Position numbers and translations under genes: made by a program. Below are positions 15,845-24,744 of a stretch of DNA of 56,124 nucleotides, piece by piece. The notes beneath the pieces are model-generated. The model was given only the letters and a program-made list of their open reading frames with translations, made no database searches and had not been told where the DNA came from. This stretch comes from a virus (taxonomy: Duplodnaviria > Caudoviricetes): positions 1 through 56,124 of IMG/VR virus record IMGVR_UViG_3300010399_000044. One strand, 5' to 3'. The stretch's first letter is position 1; the number at the start of each line of letters is the position of its first letter.

Positions 15845-16221
15845 TCGACCAGGCTGGTGAGGCTATCGTTGCAGATTTCCAGTCAGAATACTCACTGAAC
15901 TTGGTTGATGTTGTCCGGACGGGGTCTCACGACCCCGCCACACTACTTGTGCTTCTCAAGCAGCTTCCCCTGGGTTCTCGAACGGTTGCCGCCCTTCGAG
16001 GCGGCGAACAATTCGTTGGCTGGGATGTGGATAGGTACTTTTTGGCACAGCTCATCGACAGTGTGAACCGTGTGGCCTATACGGTTGCTGCGGCTAACTC
16101 CAAGAGGAAGCCCAAGGCACCAAAGCCTACTGTTCGCCCTTCGCGAGTCCAGAAGAGTGCGGCACAGTCCAACCCATTCCGACAGCAGCTAGCCAAAGCC
16201 AAAAAGGCTAAGGGAGGATAG
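15817..16221 (+). CDS. tail assembly chaperone gpGT extension via programmed -1 frameshift
   Basis: slippery GGGGGAA at 15817-15823; -1 frame open to 16221 (GSIALARLID..GEAIVAD, GWDVDRY). Confidence 0.88.
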   Translation, partial: GGSIALARLIDQAGEAIVADFQSEYSLNLVDVVRTGSHDPATLLVLLKQLPLGSRTVAALRGGEQFVGWDVDRYFLAQLIDSVNRVAYTVAAANSKRKPKAPKPTVRPSRVQKSAAQSNPFRQQLAKAKKAKGG

Positions 16222-16224
16222 TAC

Positions 16225-18507
16225 ATGAGCAGCCCTGGCGGCTCTACCATTGGTCGCGTATCCGTCAAGGTTGTTCCGGATACCTCCAAGTTCAAGCAGG
16301 AGCTAGAAGCACAGCTCAAGAAGAGTCTCAAGGACTTCAAGGTCAGTATCGACGTCGAAGCCGACACGGCAGCCGCCCGTGCAGAGCTTGAAGCTCTGAA
16401 GAAGAAGATCGATTCACTCGACAAGACGGTTCGTGTCCGGGTAAACCAGGACGACGTGAAGAACCTGAAGAGTATCGGTGGGGCTGCTAGTTCGGCAGGC
16501 GAGGGTTTCAGCAGCATGGGCAGGTTCGCCCTCATCGGTGTTGCTGTACTGCTGCTTCTGGCACCAGCCCTGGCCCTGATCTCCACATTGCTGGCGGGTC
16601 TCCCGTCTCTGCTGTTCCTGGCGGGGTCTGCATTCGCAGCCATCGCGTTGGGCATGGACGGGATCAGTAAGGCAGCAGAAGTATTCGGACCCTCGATCGA
16701 GAGCCTGAAGAACTCGTTGTCGGCCACGTTCGAACGTGGCTTGACCCCTGTATTCGAGCAGTTGAATTCAATTTTCCCAGTCCTTGAACGTGGACTGAAC
16801 GTGGTTGCCGAAGGTCTTGTGTCGGTAGCCCAGGGTTTCACCAATGTGGTTACCTCTTCGGAGGGTATGACCCAGATCGAGAACTTCCTGAACAACACAG
16901 GACAGTTCTTCCAGCAGATTACACCTGGTGTCGAGTCGTTCACACGCACTCTGCTTACCCTGGCGAGTGCTGGGTCTGAATCGTTTGGCAAGCTCGCAGA
17001 TGTTTTCAACACCTTTACCCAGGGTTTTGACGACATGATCCAGGAGGCCGTCAAGAGCGGCACCCTGTTTGATGCGCTGGACGGACTTGCGAAGGTTACT
17101 TCGACACTTCTGGATGTGTTCACCGATCTGTTTGGTGCTGGCCTAGAGGCCATGTCGGTTTTGGGTGGTCCCATCTCGGATCTGTTCAAGGGATTCGGGG
17201 ATGCACTCGTGTCCCTCATGCCAGCTCTGACCAAGCTGTCAGAGATCGTGTTCAACGTCCTGGGCAAGGCATTCGAAGCGCTGGTTCCCATCTTCGATAA
17301 GCTGACCCCGGCATTCCTGAAGCTTGCCGACATCTTCGGAGAGCTTGTGGGCGGCGCGCTGGATGGTCTAAGCCCGCTTCTGGAGACAATCGCGGGTATC
17401 CTAGGGGATACACTCCTGAAGGCGTTGACCGCCCTTGAGCCGTTCATCGAACCACTCCTGAACGCGTTCAAGGAACTTGCTCTTATCGTGAGTGAGAAGC
17501 TGCTCCAGGCATTCACGGATATCATGCCGTTGTTCGATCAGATCGTCAAGTTCATCACGGACCTGATGACAGCAATCACTCCGCTGCTTCCTTCTTTGAT
17601 CGAGTTGGGTTCGGAAATCTTCCAGGCCATCATCGATGTGATGAAGGACCTGATGCCACACCTGATGAGGTTCGCACAGGAAGTACTGCCCCTGATCATT
17701 CAGGCAGTCAAGGATCTGACACCGTTTATCTTGGACATGATCGACGCCTTTATCGACATCGTGCCTGCAATCGCAGACTTGGTGGGGTGGATCATCGACA
17801 AGACAATCCCGGCATTCAACGGTTTCATGCAAATCGTCAAGGATGTCATGGGGCCCATCAAGGATATCATCGCAGGAGCCATCGAATACATCACTGGTGT
17901 TATCGATGCGTTCACAGGACTGATCACAGGTGACTGGGGTAGGTTCTGGGATGGTATCCAGGAGATGGCCAAGGGTGCGGTAGACATCCTGGGTGGAATC
18001 ATCGAAGCAGGCCTTGATCTGGTTATCGATTTCTTCATCAACCTTCCGCTGGAAATCATCGGTGCGATGGGTGATACCGGAAAGATGCTTGCCGACGCCG
18101 GTCGAAAGATCGTCCAGGGCCTGATCGATGGTATCAAGTCCATGATCGGGGCTGCTGGTAATGCCATCAAGGGTGTTGTCGACAACATCCGTAGCTTCCT
18201 GCCGTTCTCCCCTGCCAAGCAGGGTCCGTTCTCGGGTCGTGGGTATACCCTCTACTCGGGTAGGGCACTCATCGAAGACTGGGCGCTGGGTATGCAGCAG
18301 GCAGCACCAAGTGCTATTGCTGCTATCGAAGATGTCATGGGCCGTACCCAAACGGCCATGGATCTCGAAGCGTCTGTACAGTCCGATGGGTTTGGTGGTA
18401 TCAGCGATAAGGTTGCTGCTGCACTTTCGGGATGGAGCGTCGAAATGGACGCGAATGGTTTGACTCGAATGGTCAACAAGACCAACAATCTGAACAAGAG
18501 GCGATAA
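16225..18507 (+). CDS. tape measure protein
   Basis: IGRVSVKVVPDTSKF, long amphipathic repeats, LPFSPAKQGPFSG. Confidence 0.96.
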   Translation: MSSPGGSTIGRVSVKVVPDTSKFKQELEAQLKKSLKDFKVSIDVEADTAAARAELEALKKKIDSLDKTVRVRVNQDDVKNLKSIGGAASSAGEGFSSMGRFALIGVAVLLLLAPALALISTLLAGLPSLLFLAGSAFAAIALGMDGISKAAEVFGPSIESLKNSLSATFERGLTPVFEQLNSIFPVLERGLNVVAEGLVSVAQGFTNVVTSSEGMTQIENFLNNTGQFFQQITPGVESFTRTLLTLASAGSESFGKLADVFNTFTQGFDDMIQEAVKSGTLFDALDGLAKVTSTLLDVFTDLFGAGLEAMSVLGGPISDLFKGFGDALVSLMPALTKLSEIVFNVLGKAFEALVPIFDKLTPAFLKLADIFGELVGGALDGLSPLLETIAGILGDTLLKALTALEPFIEPLLNAFKELALIVSEKLLQAFTDIMPLFDQIVKFITDLMTAITPLLPSLIELGSEIFQAIIDVMKDLMPHLMRFAQEVLPLIIQAVKDLTPFILDMIDAFIDIVPAIADLVGWIIDKTIPAFNGFMQIVKDVMGPIKDIIAGAIEYITGVIDAFTGLITGDWGRFWDGIQEMAKGAVDILGGIIEAGLDLVIDFFINLPLEIIGAMGDTGKMLADAGRKIVQGLIDGIKSMIGAAGNAIKGVVDNIRSFLPFSPAKQGPFSGRGYTLYSGRALIEDWALGMQQAAPSAIAAIEDVMGRTQTAMDLEASVQSDGFGGISDKVAAALSGWSVEMDANGLTRMVNKTNNLNKRR

Positions 18508-19337
18508 TGGTTTCCTGGTACCTAGGCCCATTGGGCAACCTCCGTGAACTGGACACTCCGGAGGTCAGCATGACCATAACGGATGTTCGTTATGGTGGAG
18601 TCCATCAGGCTTTGAGTGGTGCCAGGACCATGGATACCACCGGAGTCAAGCAGGATCTAGCGCTGTCGTTCCGCCTCCTCACCGAGGCGGACTACCGCTG
18701 GCTTCAGGCTCTCGCAACCCGGCATATTCCTGGGCCACACCGCCTGATCAACCCACTTCGTAGGAACCGCATGTCGGAATACGGAGCTTCGTGTAACGCG
18801 GTTAGCTCGTCCCGTCCTGGTCTCCGGTTTTCTGCCGGGGACTGGGAGTGGGTATCCGACTTCCCGTCTGCTGCGGGGTACGGCACAAGGGCTTTGAGGT
18901 GGACTGGACGTACAGCGTCGAGTATCGCCGCATGGGACCCTGATATGCACAACCCCATCTTCCCCCTGGAGCAAATCACAGGGTCTGTTTACGTCAAGGG
19001 CGACTCTTCGATCTCGGCTTTGCTGAAGTTCGACTACTACGACAAGGACAATGTCCTGCTGTCTTCGTCCACCACGGAGGCAGCGGCTGTCACGACCTCG
19101 TGGACCAGGTTCAGCATCACCAGGACGGCCCCCAGCAACGCCTGTGCGGCTCGTTTGGTGCTGTCGGCTGTAGCTACTACGTCCATGAATCTGGCAGCCG
19201 CACAGGTCGAATCAGGGGCTGCTGCTACGGCCTGGGACCTGGGTGGCGGGGCACCCGCAGTACTCATCGACCAGCTACCGTCAACCTCACCACGATACCC
19301 ACTCATGGATTGTACAATCACACTATTGGAGGCGTAA
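18507..19337 (+). CDS. minor tail protein (distal tail-like, with carbohydrate-binding-like insert)
   Basis: TAATG overlap after the tape measure gene; ITGSVYVKG...WTRFSIT.TAP. Confidence 0.75.
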   Translation: MVSWYLGPLGNLRELDTPEVSMTITDVRYGGVHQALSGARTMDTTGVKQDLALSFRLLTEADYRWLQALATRHIPGPHRLINPLRRNRMSEYGASCNAVSSSRPGLRFSAGDWEWVSDFPSAAGYGTRALRWTGRTASSIAAWDPDMHNPIFPLEQITGSVYVKGDSSISALLKFDYYDKDNVLLSSSTTEAAAVTTSWTRFSITRTAPSNACAARLVLSAVATTSMNLAAAQVESGAAATAWDLGGGAPAVLIDQLPSTSPRYPLMDCTITLLEA

Positions 19338-19339
19338 AA

Positions 19340-21766
19340 ATGCAGAACCAAGGGGGCGCTGAAGCCACTGCGGCTATTAAGGCGTCGGACCGCCAGTTCC
19401 GTATTCGTCTCCTGGCTGACTGGAGCAGGGATGGGTTGTTCGCGCACGCGTTGAGCGACCTATCCCGTTACGCACGGGATGTTACCACCGATAGGTCCCT
19501 CAAGGGGTCTGCACCCGAGGAAGTAACCCTCATTGAGGGCTCTGGGGCTGCACAGATGGATGTAATCCTGTCTGGGGAGTACCTGGGGATTCCATTCTCG
19601 GGTGTTTTCAGCCCGTACCAGCCCAAGTCACCCTTTTTCCACCAGGAAATGATCGGTGTGGAGATCAAGTACGAAATTGGGGTGCAAACATCGATCGGAA
19701 TGGTGTGGTATCCCCAGTTCATCGGCAATGTTCGGAGTATCACCCCGAATAGGGGCTCCGGATTGGTGTCGTTGAGTGCTATCGACCGTGCTGAACTCAT
19801 GCGCAGGCCCATTACGTTCCCTGTGTGGGCTATCTACGACTACCACGCCTCGCGTGGCATCATCGAAGCACAGCTAGCAGATCCTCAGTGGGTTATCGAC
19901 CACTGCCTTCGTGAATGCAAGGTCAGTCCGACCCCGTACAGGCCCACTTCTCGTGAAGAGAATGGTCTCCCGGACGACGACATCACCGGACCCCAGATTT
20001 GGATCAATGGGACTGGTTCGTGGTTGCCTTCGATTGGGTGGCTGGACAACTGGAACGTACAGACCTACCCCTTCACTGAAGACACGGGTGAGGTCATGTA
20101 TAACTTCCTGGGTCCGACCAATCCCAACTCCCCCGAGCCCACAACGCCTCCTATGGCGTTGTCCGCCCTCGGAACAACCGGTGATTCCATCCTGAAGTAC
20201 TGGTGCACAGACCGTGACCAGATGTCTTCTATTGGAATGCAGGTTCTTGGGTTCACACTGAACCTTCGAGGTCCTCGGAACACGTTTTATCAGACAGCAG
20301 CCGAACACGAGGTTATCCATGTCCGTCTGGGTGAGTTTTATGTCATCTCCGTGATGATCGAGAATGGTCAGGTCTGGTCCGAGTTCGAAGACGAGACTCT
20401 GGTTACTACTGCGATCTCCTCCAAGGTGAATATCCCCACGACAGGTGATTACCAGCGCATCAACGTGATCTGGGATTACTTCAATGGTGCGGGACCTCAG
20501 GTGTATGTGGCTGCTGGTGTGAACACCAACAACTCGGGTAACTATCAGGACCTGGGTACGGCCAAGACGTGGGTTGGTGCTACAGACGAGCTCAAGGGCT
20601 TGTTCACGGTTGACCACAGGTGTTCGCTCAGCGACATCTACTATACCGCAACCAACTTTGGTTCTCTGGCTGTTGCCGATGCCCTCCAGTGGGGCGGCAG
20701 GACTCCGTCCTACACGGCTGTGCTGGACAATGGTCGTAACGGGTTGTCCTACATGCCTGTTCACCAGGGAGATGATGCCTGGGAGGTCGCGGCACGTGTT
20801 GCCTCGGCCGAGTTCGGCTCCATCTTCTGGGATGAGGCTGGTGTATTCAGGTTCTGGAATGCAGAACGTATGAAGACACTACAAGACACCATCGTCAGGG
20901 AACTGACCCTGGATGATGTGACAGGTCTTGAGATCACCAACTCGTTGGACTCGGTTCGTAATATCTGGACCGTGCAGTCTGGGAAGCGACGAGCCTTCGA
21001 GGCTGCGTCGTACGAATCCAACTCGGAATGGGAATTCTATGTTGAGGGTACGGAAACCAGGCTGTTCCGCATCTGGTCTGACGAAGTCCTGAGTCCCAAC
21101 CCAGGTAAGATCACCAGGTATAGTTCTACCGTGGCTGGTCCGATCCCGGAATGGAATGACATCCTGGATCATGGGTATGTAGTCCAGTGGTACGACGGTG
21201 CTGTGTGGGCTGAGGATGATGGTAAGACTTCTGGTGTCGATATCTACGTGTACTTCGACAACCAGGGTCAGGTCGTAGTCAACTTCCACAATGGGTATGC
21301 CGAACCCGCAAGGCTGGCCAAGGATACTGGTGGTGCAGCATTCCGGGTTGGTGGTACCAAGATCGAGACCTTCGATTCGCAGCTCACCCTGTTCAAGGCA
21401 CAGGAATCCATCGACACCTATGGTGGTAAGAACCTGAGGCTGTCCGGGGACTTCTACCAGGAGATGGTGAACTACGGTGGGGTTATCTCCTACCTCATGC
21501 CAGGGACCGAGCTTCCTGTTCCGACAACCCAGGCCATCACCATCGCAGGGGACCCTCGTCTCCAGTTTGGTGACACCCTGAGGATTCACGACAGGGACGG
21601 ATTCGGGGAACGGTTCGACCTTCAGATTCAGGGTATCCGCAGGAGCTATTCTGTGGACTCTGGGCTGACAGACACACTCTCTGTTGAATTGATCGCAGCA
21701 CCAGCAGGTATCTGGGACTCCAACCAGTACGGCATCTGGGGCTCTACCTTCGTTTGGGGCGAATAG
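19340..21766 (+). CDS. minor tail/baseplate hub protein
   Basis: WDEAGVFRF, GDPRLQFGDTLRI.D; GGAGG RBS before ATG 19340. Confidence 0.8.
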   Translation: MQNQGGAEATAAIKASDRQFRIRLLADWSRDGLFAHALSDLSRYARDVTTDRSLKGSAPEEVTLIEGSGAAQMDVILSGEYLGIPFSGVFSPYQPKSPFFHQEMIGVEIKYEIGVQTSIGMVWYPQFIGNVRSITPNRGSGLVSLSAIDRAELMRRPITFPVWAIYDYHASRGIIEAQLADPQWVIDHCLRECKVSPTPYRPTSREENGLPDDDITGPQIWINGTGSWLPSIGWLDNWNVQTYPFTEDTGEVMYNFLGPTNPNSPEPTTPPMALSALGTTGDSILKYWCTDRDQMSSIGMQVLGFTLNLRGPRNTFYQTAAEHEVIHVRLGEFYVISVMIENGQVWSEFEDETLVTTAISSKVNIPTTGDYQRINVIWDYFNGAGPQVYVAAGVNTNNSGNYQDLGTAKTWVGATDELKGLFTVDHRCSLSDIYYTATNFGSLAVADALQWGGRTPSYTAVLDNGRNGLSYMPVHQGDDAWEVAARVASAEFGSIFWDEAGVFRFWNAERMKTLQDTIVRELTLDDVTGLEITNSLDSVRNIWTVQSGKRRAFEAASYESNSEWEFYVEGTETRLFRIWSDEVLSPNPGKITRYSSTVAGPIPEWNDILDHGYVVQWYDGAVWAEDDGKTSGVDIYVYFDNQGQVVVNFHNGYAEPARLAKDTGGAAFRVGGTKIETFDSQLTLFKAQESIDTYGGKNLRLSGDFYQEMVNYGGVISYLMPGTELPVPTTQAITIAGDPRLQFGDTLRIHDRDGFGERFDLQIQGIRRSYSVDSGLTDTLSVELIAAPAGIWDSNQYGIWGSTFVWGE

Positions 21767-21767
21767 A

Positions 21768-22307
21768 ATGGCACTTACCCTGCCGATGAACGATGCCGTA
21801 CCAGGTAACGTTGCCAGCTCGGCTGATTACAACATCCTGATCGACAACATCCTGGATCTGGACACACGGGTTACCGCGATTACACCTGGTACTCCATCAA
21901 ATATCGAACGCAGGCACAATGCTTCCCAGGCTATCTCTGCGACTACCAACACGAAGGTCCCCTTCGATACATCCATCAATGCCGGTTCTGGGATTACGTA
22001 TACGGGCAGCACCACGAGGTCCTTCACGTTTGCGACAGACGGGGTTTACACGTTCTCGGCCAGTATTCGAACGGATGCCAACGCAGGGCTGTACCTGTGG
22101 TTTGCACCCACATCCGATGCAACCCAGGACCGTGGTAAGAACGCTGCCACGGGTGGTGTGTCGCTGGCAACCTCGGCAACGTTCCGGATCGCAGCAGCCG
22201 ACGTGTTCTCGGTATGGATGTGGTCTTCTATCGGTCTTAACCTCGTCCGTGAGGGGGGCACCGGTAGGGCACCCTGGATCTCCATCGAGTACATGGGGCC
22301 GCTATAA
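21768..22307 (+). CDS. minor tail protein (C1q-like beta-sandwich fibre tip)
   Basis: Q.I...T.TKV.FD, F.....GVY...AS; synteny. Confidence 0.65.
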   Translation: MALTLPMNDAVPGNVASSADYNILIDNILDLDTRVTAITPGTPSNIERRHNASQAISATTNTKVPFDTSINAGSGITYTGSTTRSFTFATDGVYTFSASIRTDANAGLYLWFAPTSDATQDRGKNAATGGVSLATSATFRIAAADVFSVWMWSSIGLNLVREGGTGRAPWISIEYMGPL

Positions 22308-22600
22308 TGACGGAGGATCTGACCGTGCATTCCATTGGAATGACAGAGCTGTACACCGAGATAAGGTCTCTCGGGGATAAGATGACCGACTACATCAACA
22401 GACATGACGTTGAATCAGCAACCCAGGGTCATGACATCGTAGAGCTACGCAAGGATTTTGACCAACTGGAAAGTAAGTTCGAATATGAGACTCAGCAGCG
22501 CAAAAGTTTGTCCAGGCAAGCGATTTGGGCAATTTTGACCTCCCTTGTGTTTCCTATTCTTGTTGCTGTAGCTGCAATAGTGATCACGACCAATAAGTAG
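22307..22600 (+). CDS. membrane protein (coiled coil plus C-terminal TM), lysis-associated
   Basis: AIWAILTSLVFPILVAVAAIVI; next to the holin. Confidence 0.65.
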   Translation: MTEDLTVHSIGMTELYTEIRSLGDKMTDYINRHDVESATQGHDIVELRKDFDQLESKFEYETQQRKSLSRQAIWAILTSLVFPILVAVAAIVITTNK

Positions 22601-22610
22601 AAGAGGAATT

Positions 22611-22829
22611 ATGTGGACCGCACAGTACTGGAAGGCCTTGTTCGAAGAGGCCGTGGTTGGATTTGCCGGTGGTGTTCTGAGTGTTACCGGTTTGGATGCC
22701 GTGGATGTCCTTAACCTGGACTTCAAGGCTGCGCTGGGCGTAGGCCTGGGTGGAGCCCTGGTGGTTGTCCTGAAGGGCCTTGGTCTGAAGAACGTAGGCG
22801 CACCGCAGAGCCCAAGTATCGTGAAGTAA
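22611..22829 (+). CDS. holin (r1t-like)
   Basis: MWT..YWKA..E.AV..FA, two TM segments, PSIV C-terminus. Confidence 0.75.
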   Translation: MWTAQYWKALFEEAVVGFAGGVLSVTGLDAVDVLNLDFKAALGVGLGGALVVVLKGLGLKNVGAPQSPSIVK

Positions 22830-22840
22830 GTCTAGAACGC

Positions 22841-22878
22841 AAAAAAGCCCCCACCTCATCGAGGTGGGGGCTTTTCTT
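22841..22878. terminator. bidirectional intrinsic terminator between the two arms
   Basis: AAAAAAGCCCCCACCTC-ATC-GAGGTGGGGGCTTTT. Confidence 0.92.
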
Positions 22879-22885
22879 GTTTAGA

Positions 22886-22951
22886 TCACCACTGGTTGCA
22901 CCAGCATCCGTCCTTGCAACCGCATTCGGAACAACCGCCTGTGTTATTCAA
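22886..22951 (-). CDS. Cys-rich microprotein, 21 aa (MNNTGGCSECGCKDGCWCNQW)
   Basis: TTG start overlapping the upstream ORF end; 5 Cys. Confidence 0.5.
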   Translation of the reverse strand: MNNTGGCSECGCKDGCWCNQW

Positions 22952-23027
22952 GGTCGAAGTCACCGCTCAGAATCTCGATGTAATCCTCAAGGTCGAGATC
23001 ATCGTCTACACCTTCTGGATCAGCCAT
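22944..23027 (-). CDS. acidic microprotein, 27 aa (MADPEGVDDDLDLEDYIEILSGDFDLE)
   Basis: 8-nt overlap with upstream ORF; GAGGA RBS. Confidence 0.65.
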   Translation of the reverse strand: MADPEGVDDDLDLEDYIEILSGDFDLE

Positions 23028-23124
23028 CTTCAGGGTCCTCATCGGATTCCTCTTCCATCTGCTTCCACAGCTCGTCAAGCTGCTCGTCGGAGAACTCATC
23101 ACCGTTGGCACTGTGCCTACCCAT
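23020..23124 (-). CDS. acidic microprotein, 34 aa (MGRHSANGDEFSDEQLDELWKQMEEESDEDPEDG)
   Basis: GAGGAGGT RBS; 8-nt overlap. Confidence 0.7.
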   Translation of the reverse strand: MGRHSANGDEFSDEQLDELWKQMEEESDEDPEDG

Positions 23125-23215
23125 TGTCAACCTCCTCTCCGTACTCTGCGTCCAGGGCAGTGGAGATGTCTTCCCTGCCTTCGGGGCTTAGCTCATCGTG
23201 GTCAGGTGTGGTCAT
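23117..23215 (-). CDS. acidic microprotein, 32 aa (MTTPDHDELSPEGREDISTALDAEYGEEVDNG)
   Basis: GAGGAGG RBS; overlap. Confidence 0.7.
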   Translation of the reverse strand: MTTPDHDELSPEGREDISTALDAEYGEEVDNG

Positions 23216-23300
23216 CTTGTTCCTCCTCGGGCCACTTGGGTTCTAGCTGGTTCAACTGGTCAATGAAGACCCTGAGGTCTTCGTCGTCGGGGTTAGTCAT
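23202..23300 (-). CDS. acidic microprotein, 32 aa (MTNPDDEDLRVFIDQLNQLEPKWPEEEQDDHT)
   Basis: ATGACTAA overlap with upstream ORF. Confidence 0.65.
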   Translation of the reverse strand: MTNPDDEDLRVFIDQLNQLEPKWPEEEQDDHT

Positions 23301-23400
23301 CTTCCCAGGGTCGGATGTAATTATCCGCCTCATCCCCTAAAATGTCCCTGATGTGTTCCATCTCGTCTTCGGACAACCTGTTACCGTTCGGGTCAGTCAT
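23293..23400 (-). CDS. acidic microprotein, 35 aa (MTDPNGNRLSEDEMEHIRDILGDEADNYIRPWEDD)
   Basis: ATGA overlap; GGATGGTAGGAG upstream. Confidence 0.7.
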   Translation of the reverse strand: MTDPNGNRLSEDEMEHIRDILGDEADNYIRPWEDD

Positions 23401-23480
23401 CTCCTACCATCCAACACATCATTGACAATCTCTTCGATTCGATCCAGGAGTTCTTCGGTTAAATCCTGCGGATCAGTCAT
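23397..23480 (-). CDS. acidic microprotein, 27 aa (MTDPQDLTEELLDRIEEIVNDVLDGRR)
   Basis: AAGGAAG RBS; ATGACTGA overlap. Confidence 0.7.
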   Translation of the reverse strand: MTDPQDLTEELLDRIEEIVNDVLDGRR

Positions 23481-23571
23481 CGTCTTCCTTGTCCAGTTCC
23501 TGATGCAGCCTCTTCTGGATCTTCTCGACCAAGTCCTCCGGAGGAGGATCGTCGTCTTGTGGTTTGCTCAC
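23473..23571 (-). CDS. acidic microprotein, 32 aa (MSKPQDDDPPPEDLVEKIQKRLHQELDKEDDD)
   Basis: GTGA overlap; GAGGT RBS. Confidence 0.65.
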   Translation of the reverse strand: MSKPQDDDPPPEDLVEKIQKRLHQELDKEDDD

Positions 23572-23654
23572 TGTCCCCAACCTCTTCCTGTGCAATCGTC
23601 ACCGCATGAACTTGCGTCTCGACCACCGCAGTGGTCACACACGTACTCGCTCAC
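23568..23654 (-). CDS. Cys-rich microprotein, 28 aa (MSEYVCDHCGGRDASSCGDDCTGRGWGQ)
   Basis: GTG start inside the end of the upstream gene; CxxC..CxxxC. Confidence 0.55.
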   Translation of the reverse strand: MSEYVCDHCGGRDASSCGDDCTGRGWGQ

Positions 23655-23826
23655 TCAGGAGTTCCATTTCCAAGGCGGGCCAGCAATACACACTGAACCC
23701 GTCTTCCATCCTGAGGACAATCTGTCCTGTGTCCTCAATAGCGAGGAGAACCCCCGTGTAAGTCACGGGGGTTGGCTCATCGTCACTTAGTCGTACCCAC
23801 ACTTCTTGTCCTAGGTAAGACACCAT
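23635..23826 (-). CDS. small beta-barrel (Sm/SH3-like) protein
   Basis: YLGQEVWVRL....YTGVLLAIEDTGQIVL pattern. Confidence 0.55.
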   Translation of the reverse strand: MVSYLGQEVWVRLSDDEPTPVTYTGVLLAIEDTGQIVLRMEDGFSVYCWPALEMELLSERVRV

Positions 23827-23840
23827 ATCGTGGAATGGTG

Positions 23841-24263
23841 TCACCAAGGCCACCAGGACGGCTTCTTCCAGAAGCTCTTGCGGGTCTCCTCGTAGTGCGG
23901 GTTCTTGATCAGGCCGATCTCGTTCCGCCACGGGTCCAGGAAGGATGCCGTGACAAACCCTGTGTTTCCACGCGCAGTCTTCGGCTCCACCGCAATGGTG
24001 TTGGGCATGGTCTCGAACCGGAAGATGGCATCATCGATGTCGTTCACAGCCCAGTACGTGATAGCCCGAGGGGTCACACCAATAGGGGATCGATCCGTTC
24101 GGATACCAAACTCCGCAGAGTAGTCACCAAACCGGTACTCGATGTACCCCGGCACCCTGAAGTAGGGCTCCTGGTTGAACAGGACCGAGTAGAAATCCTC
24201 GGCGGCTGCCAGATCATCCACGAAGATGTTGAACGTGGCCATGCCACGGAACGGGTTAGGCAT
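23841..24263 (-). CDS. VOC/glyoxalase-bleomycin resistance family protein
   Basis: FVDDLAAAEDFY, YWAVNDID, ASFLDPWRNEIGL. Confidence 0.88.
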   Translation of the reverse strand: MPNPFRGMATFNIFVDDLAAAEDFYSVLFNQEPYFRVPGYIEYRFGDYSAEFGIRTDRSPIGVTPRAITYWAVNDIDDAIFRFETMPNTIAVEPKTARGNTGFVTASFLDPWRNEIGLIKNPHYEETRKSFWKKPSWWPW

Positions 24264-24486
24264 TCGGGGGCTCCTCGCCTGGCGGGACGTAATCCGGGAG
24301 GAGTTCGTACAGCTCAACCACAGACACCCTGAAGGGGTCTGCGATCGGAGCCTTGAAGAAGTGGAACTCGGACAACTCAGGCAGCGACTTCAACCAGACC
24401 ACAAGCTTGGCCTTCTGGTCGAAGATTGCCAGTGGCTTCTGTGGATAGGCGGTGTGAACCGTCCAGAGCCAGGTAACCGGGGGCAT
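24256..24486 (-). CDS. hypothetical protein
   Basis: ORF tiles the operon. Confidence 0.6.
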   Translation of the reverse strand: MPPVTWLWTVHTAYPQKPLAIFDQKAKLVVWLKSLPELSEFHFFKAPIADPFRVSVVELYELLPDYVPPGEEPPNA

Positions 24487-24744
24487 TTACTTGCACCTTT
24501 CGTCATGGGGGAACTGCTGGATGTTCCCCTCCTTGTAACCGTTCATGTAGACGTAGTAATCCCCGTTCCGGCAGAACAGGGTGACCGTTGACCCGTCGTC
24601 GGGCGTCTTGAACTTGTCCAGAACCCTGTCAGCATAGTTTACTGGGGCTGAGACGGCCTGTGGGGCCCTGAAAGGGGCTGACCCACACCCAACTAGGGCT
24701 AGGGCCATTGCGACGCTTAGAATCGATCTCAGGGCCTTGTTCAT
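24487..24744 (-). CDS. putative lipoprotein
   Basis: MNKALR + hydrophobic stretch + LVGC lipobox. Confidence 0.7.
   Translation of the reverse strand: MNKALRSILSVAMALALVGCGSAPFRAPQAVSAPVNYADRVLDKFKTPDDGSTVTLFCRNGDYYVYMNGYKEGNIQQFPHDERCK

Noticed and set aside
9980-18531. Long antisense ORFs (9980-11200, 10287-11279, 16077-17525, 17401-18531)
   Set aside because: Shadow frames of structural genes caused by codon bias; no motifs or RBS.
22877-23790. Plus-strand track ORFs after the terminator
   Set aside because: They are Ser/Leu-rich mirror images of the acidic minus-strand micro-ORFs and lie beyond the rightward terminator.
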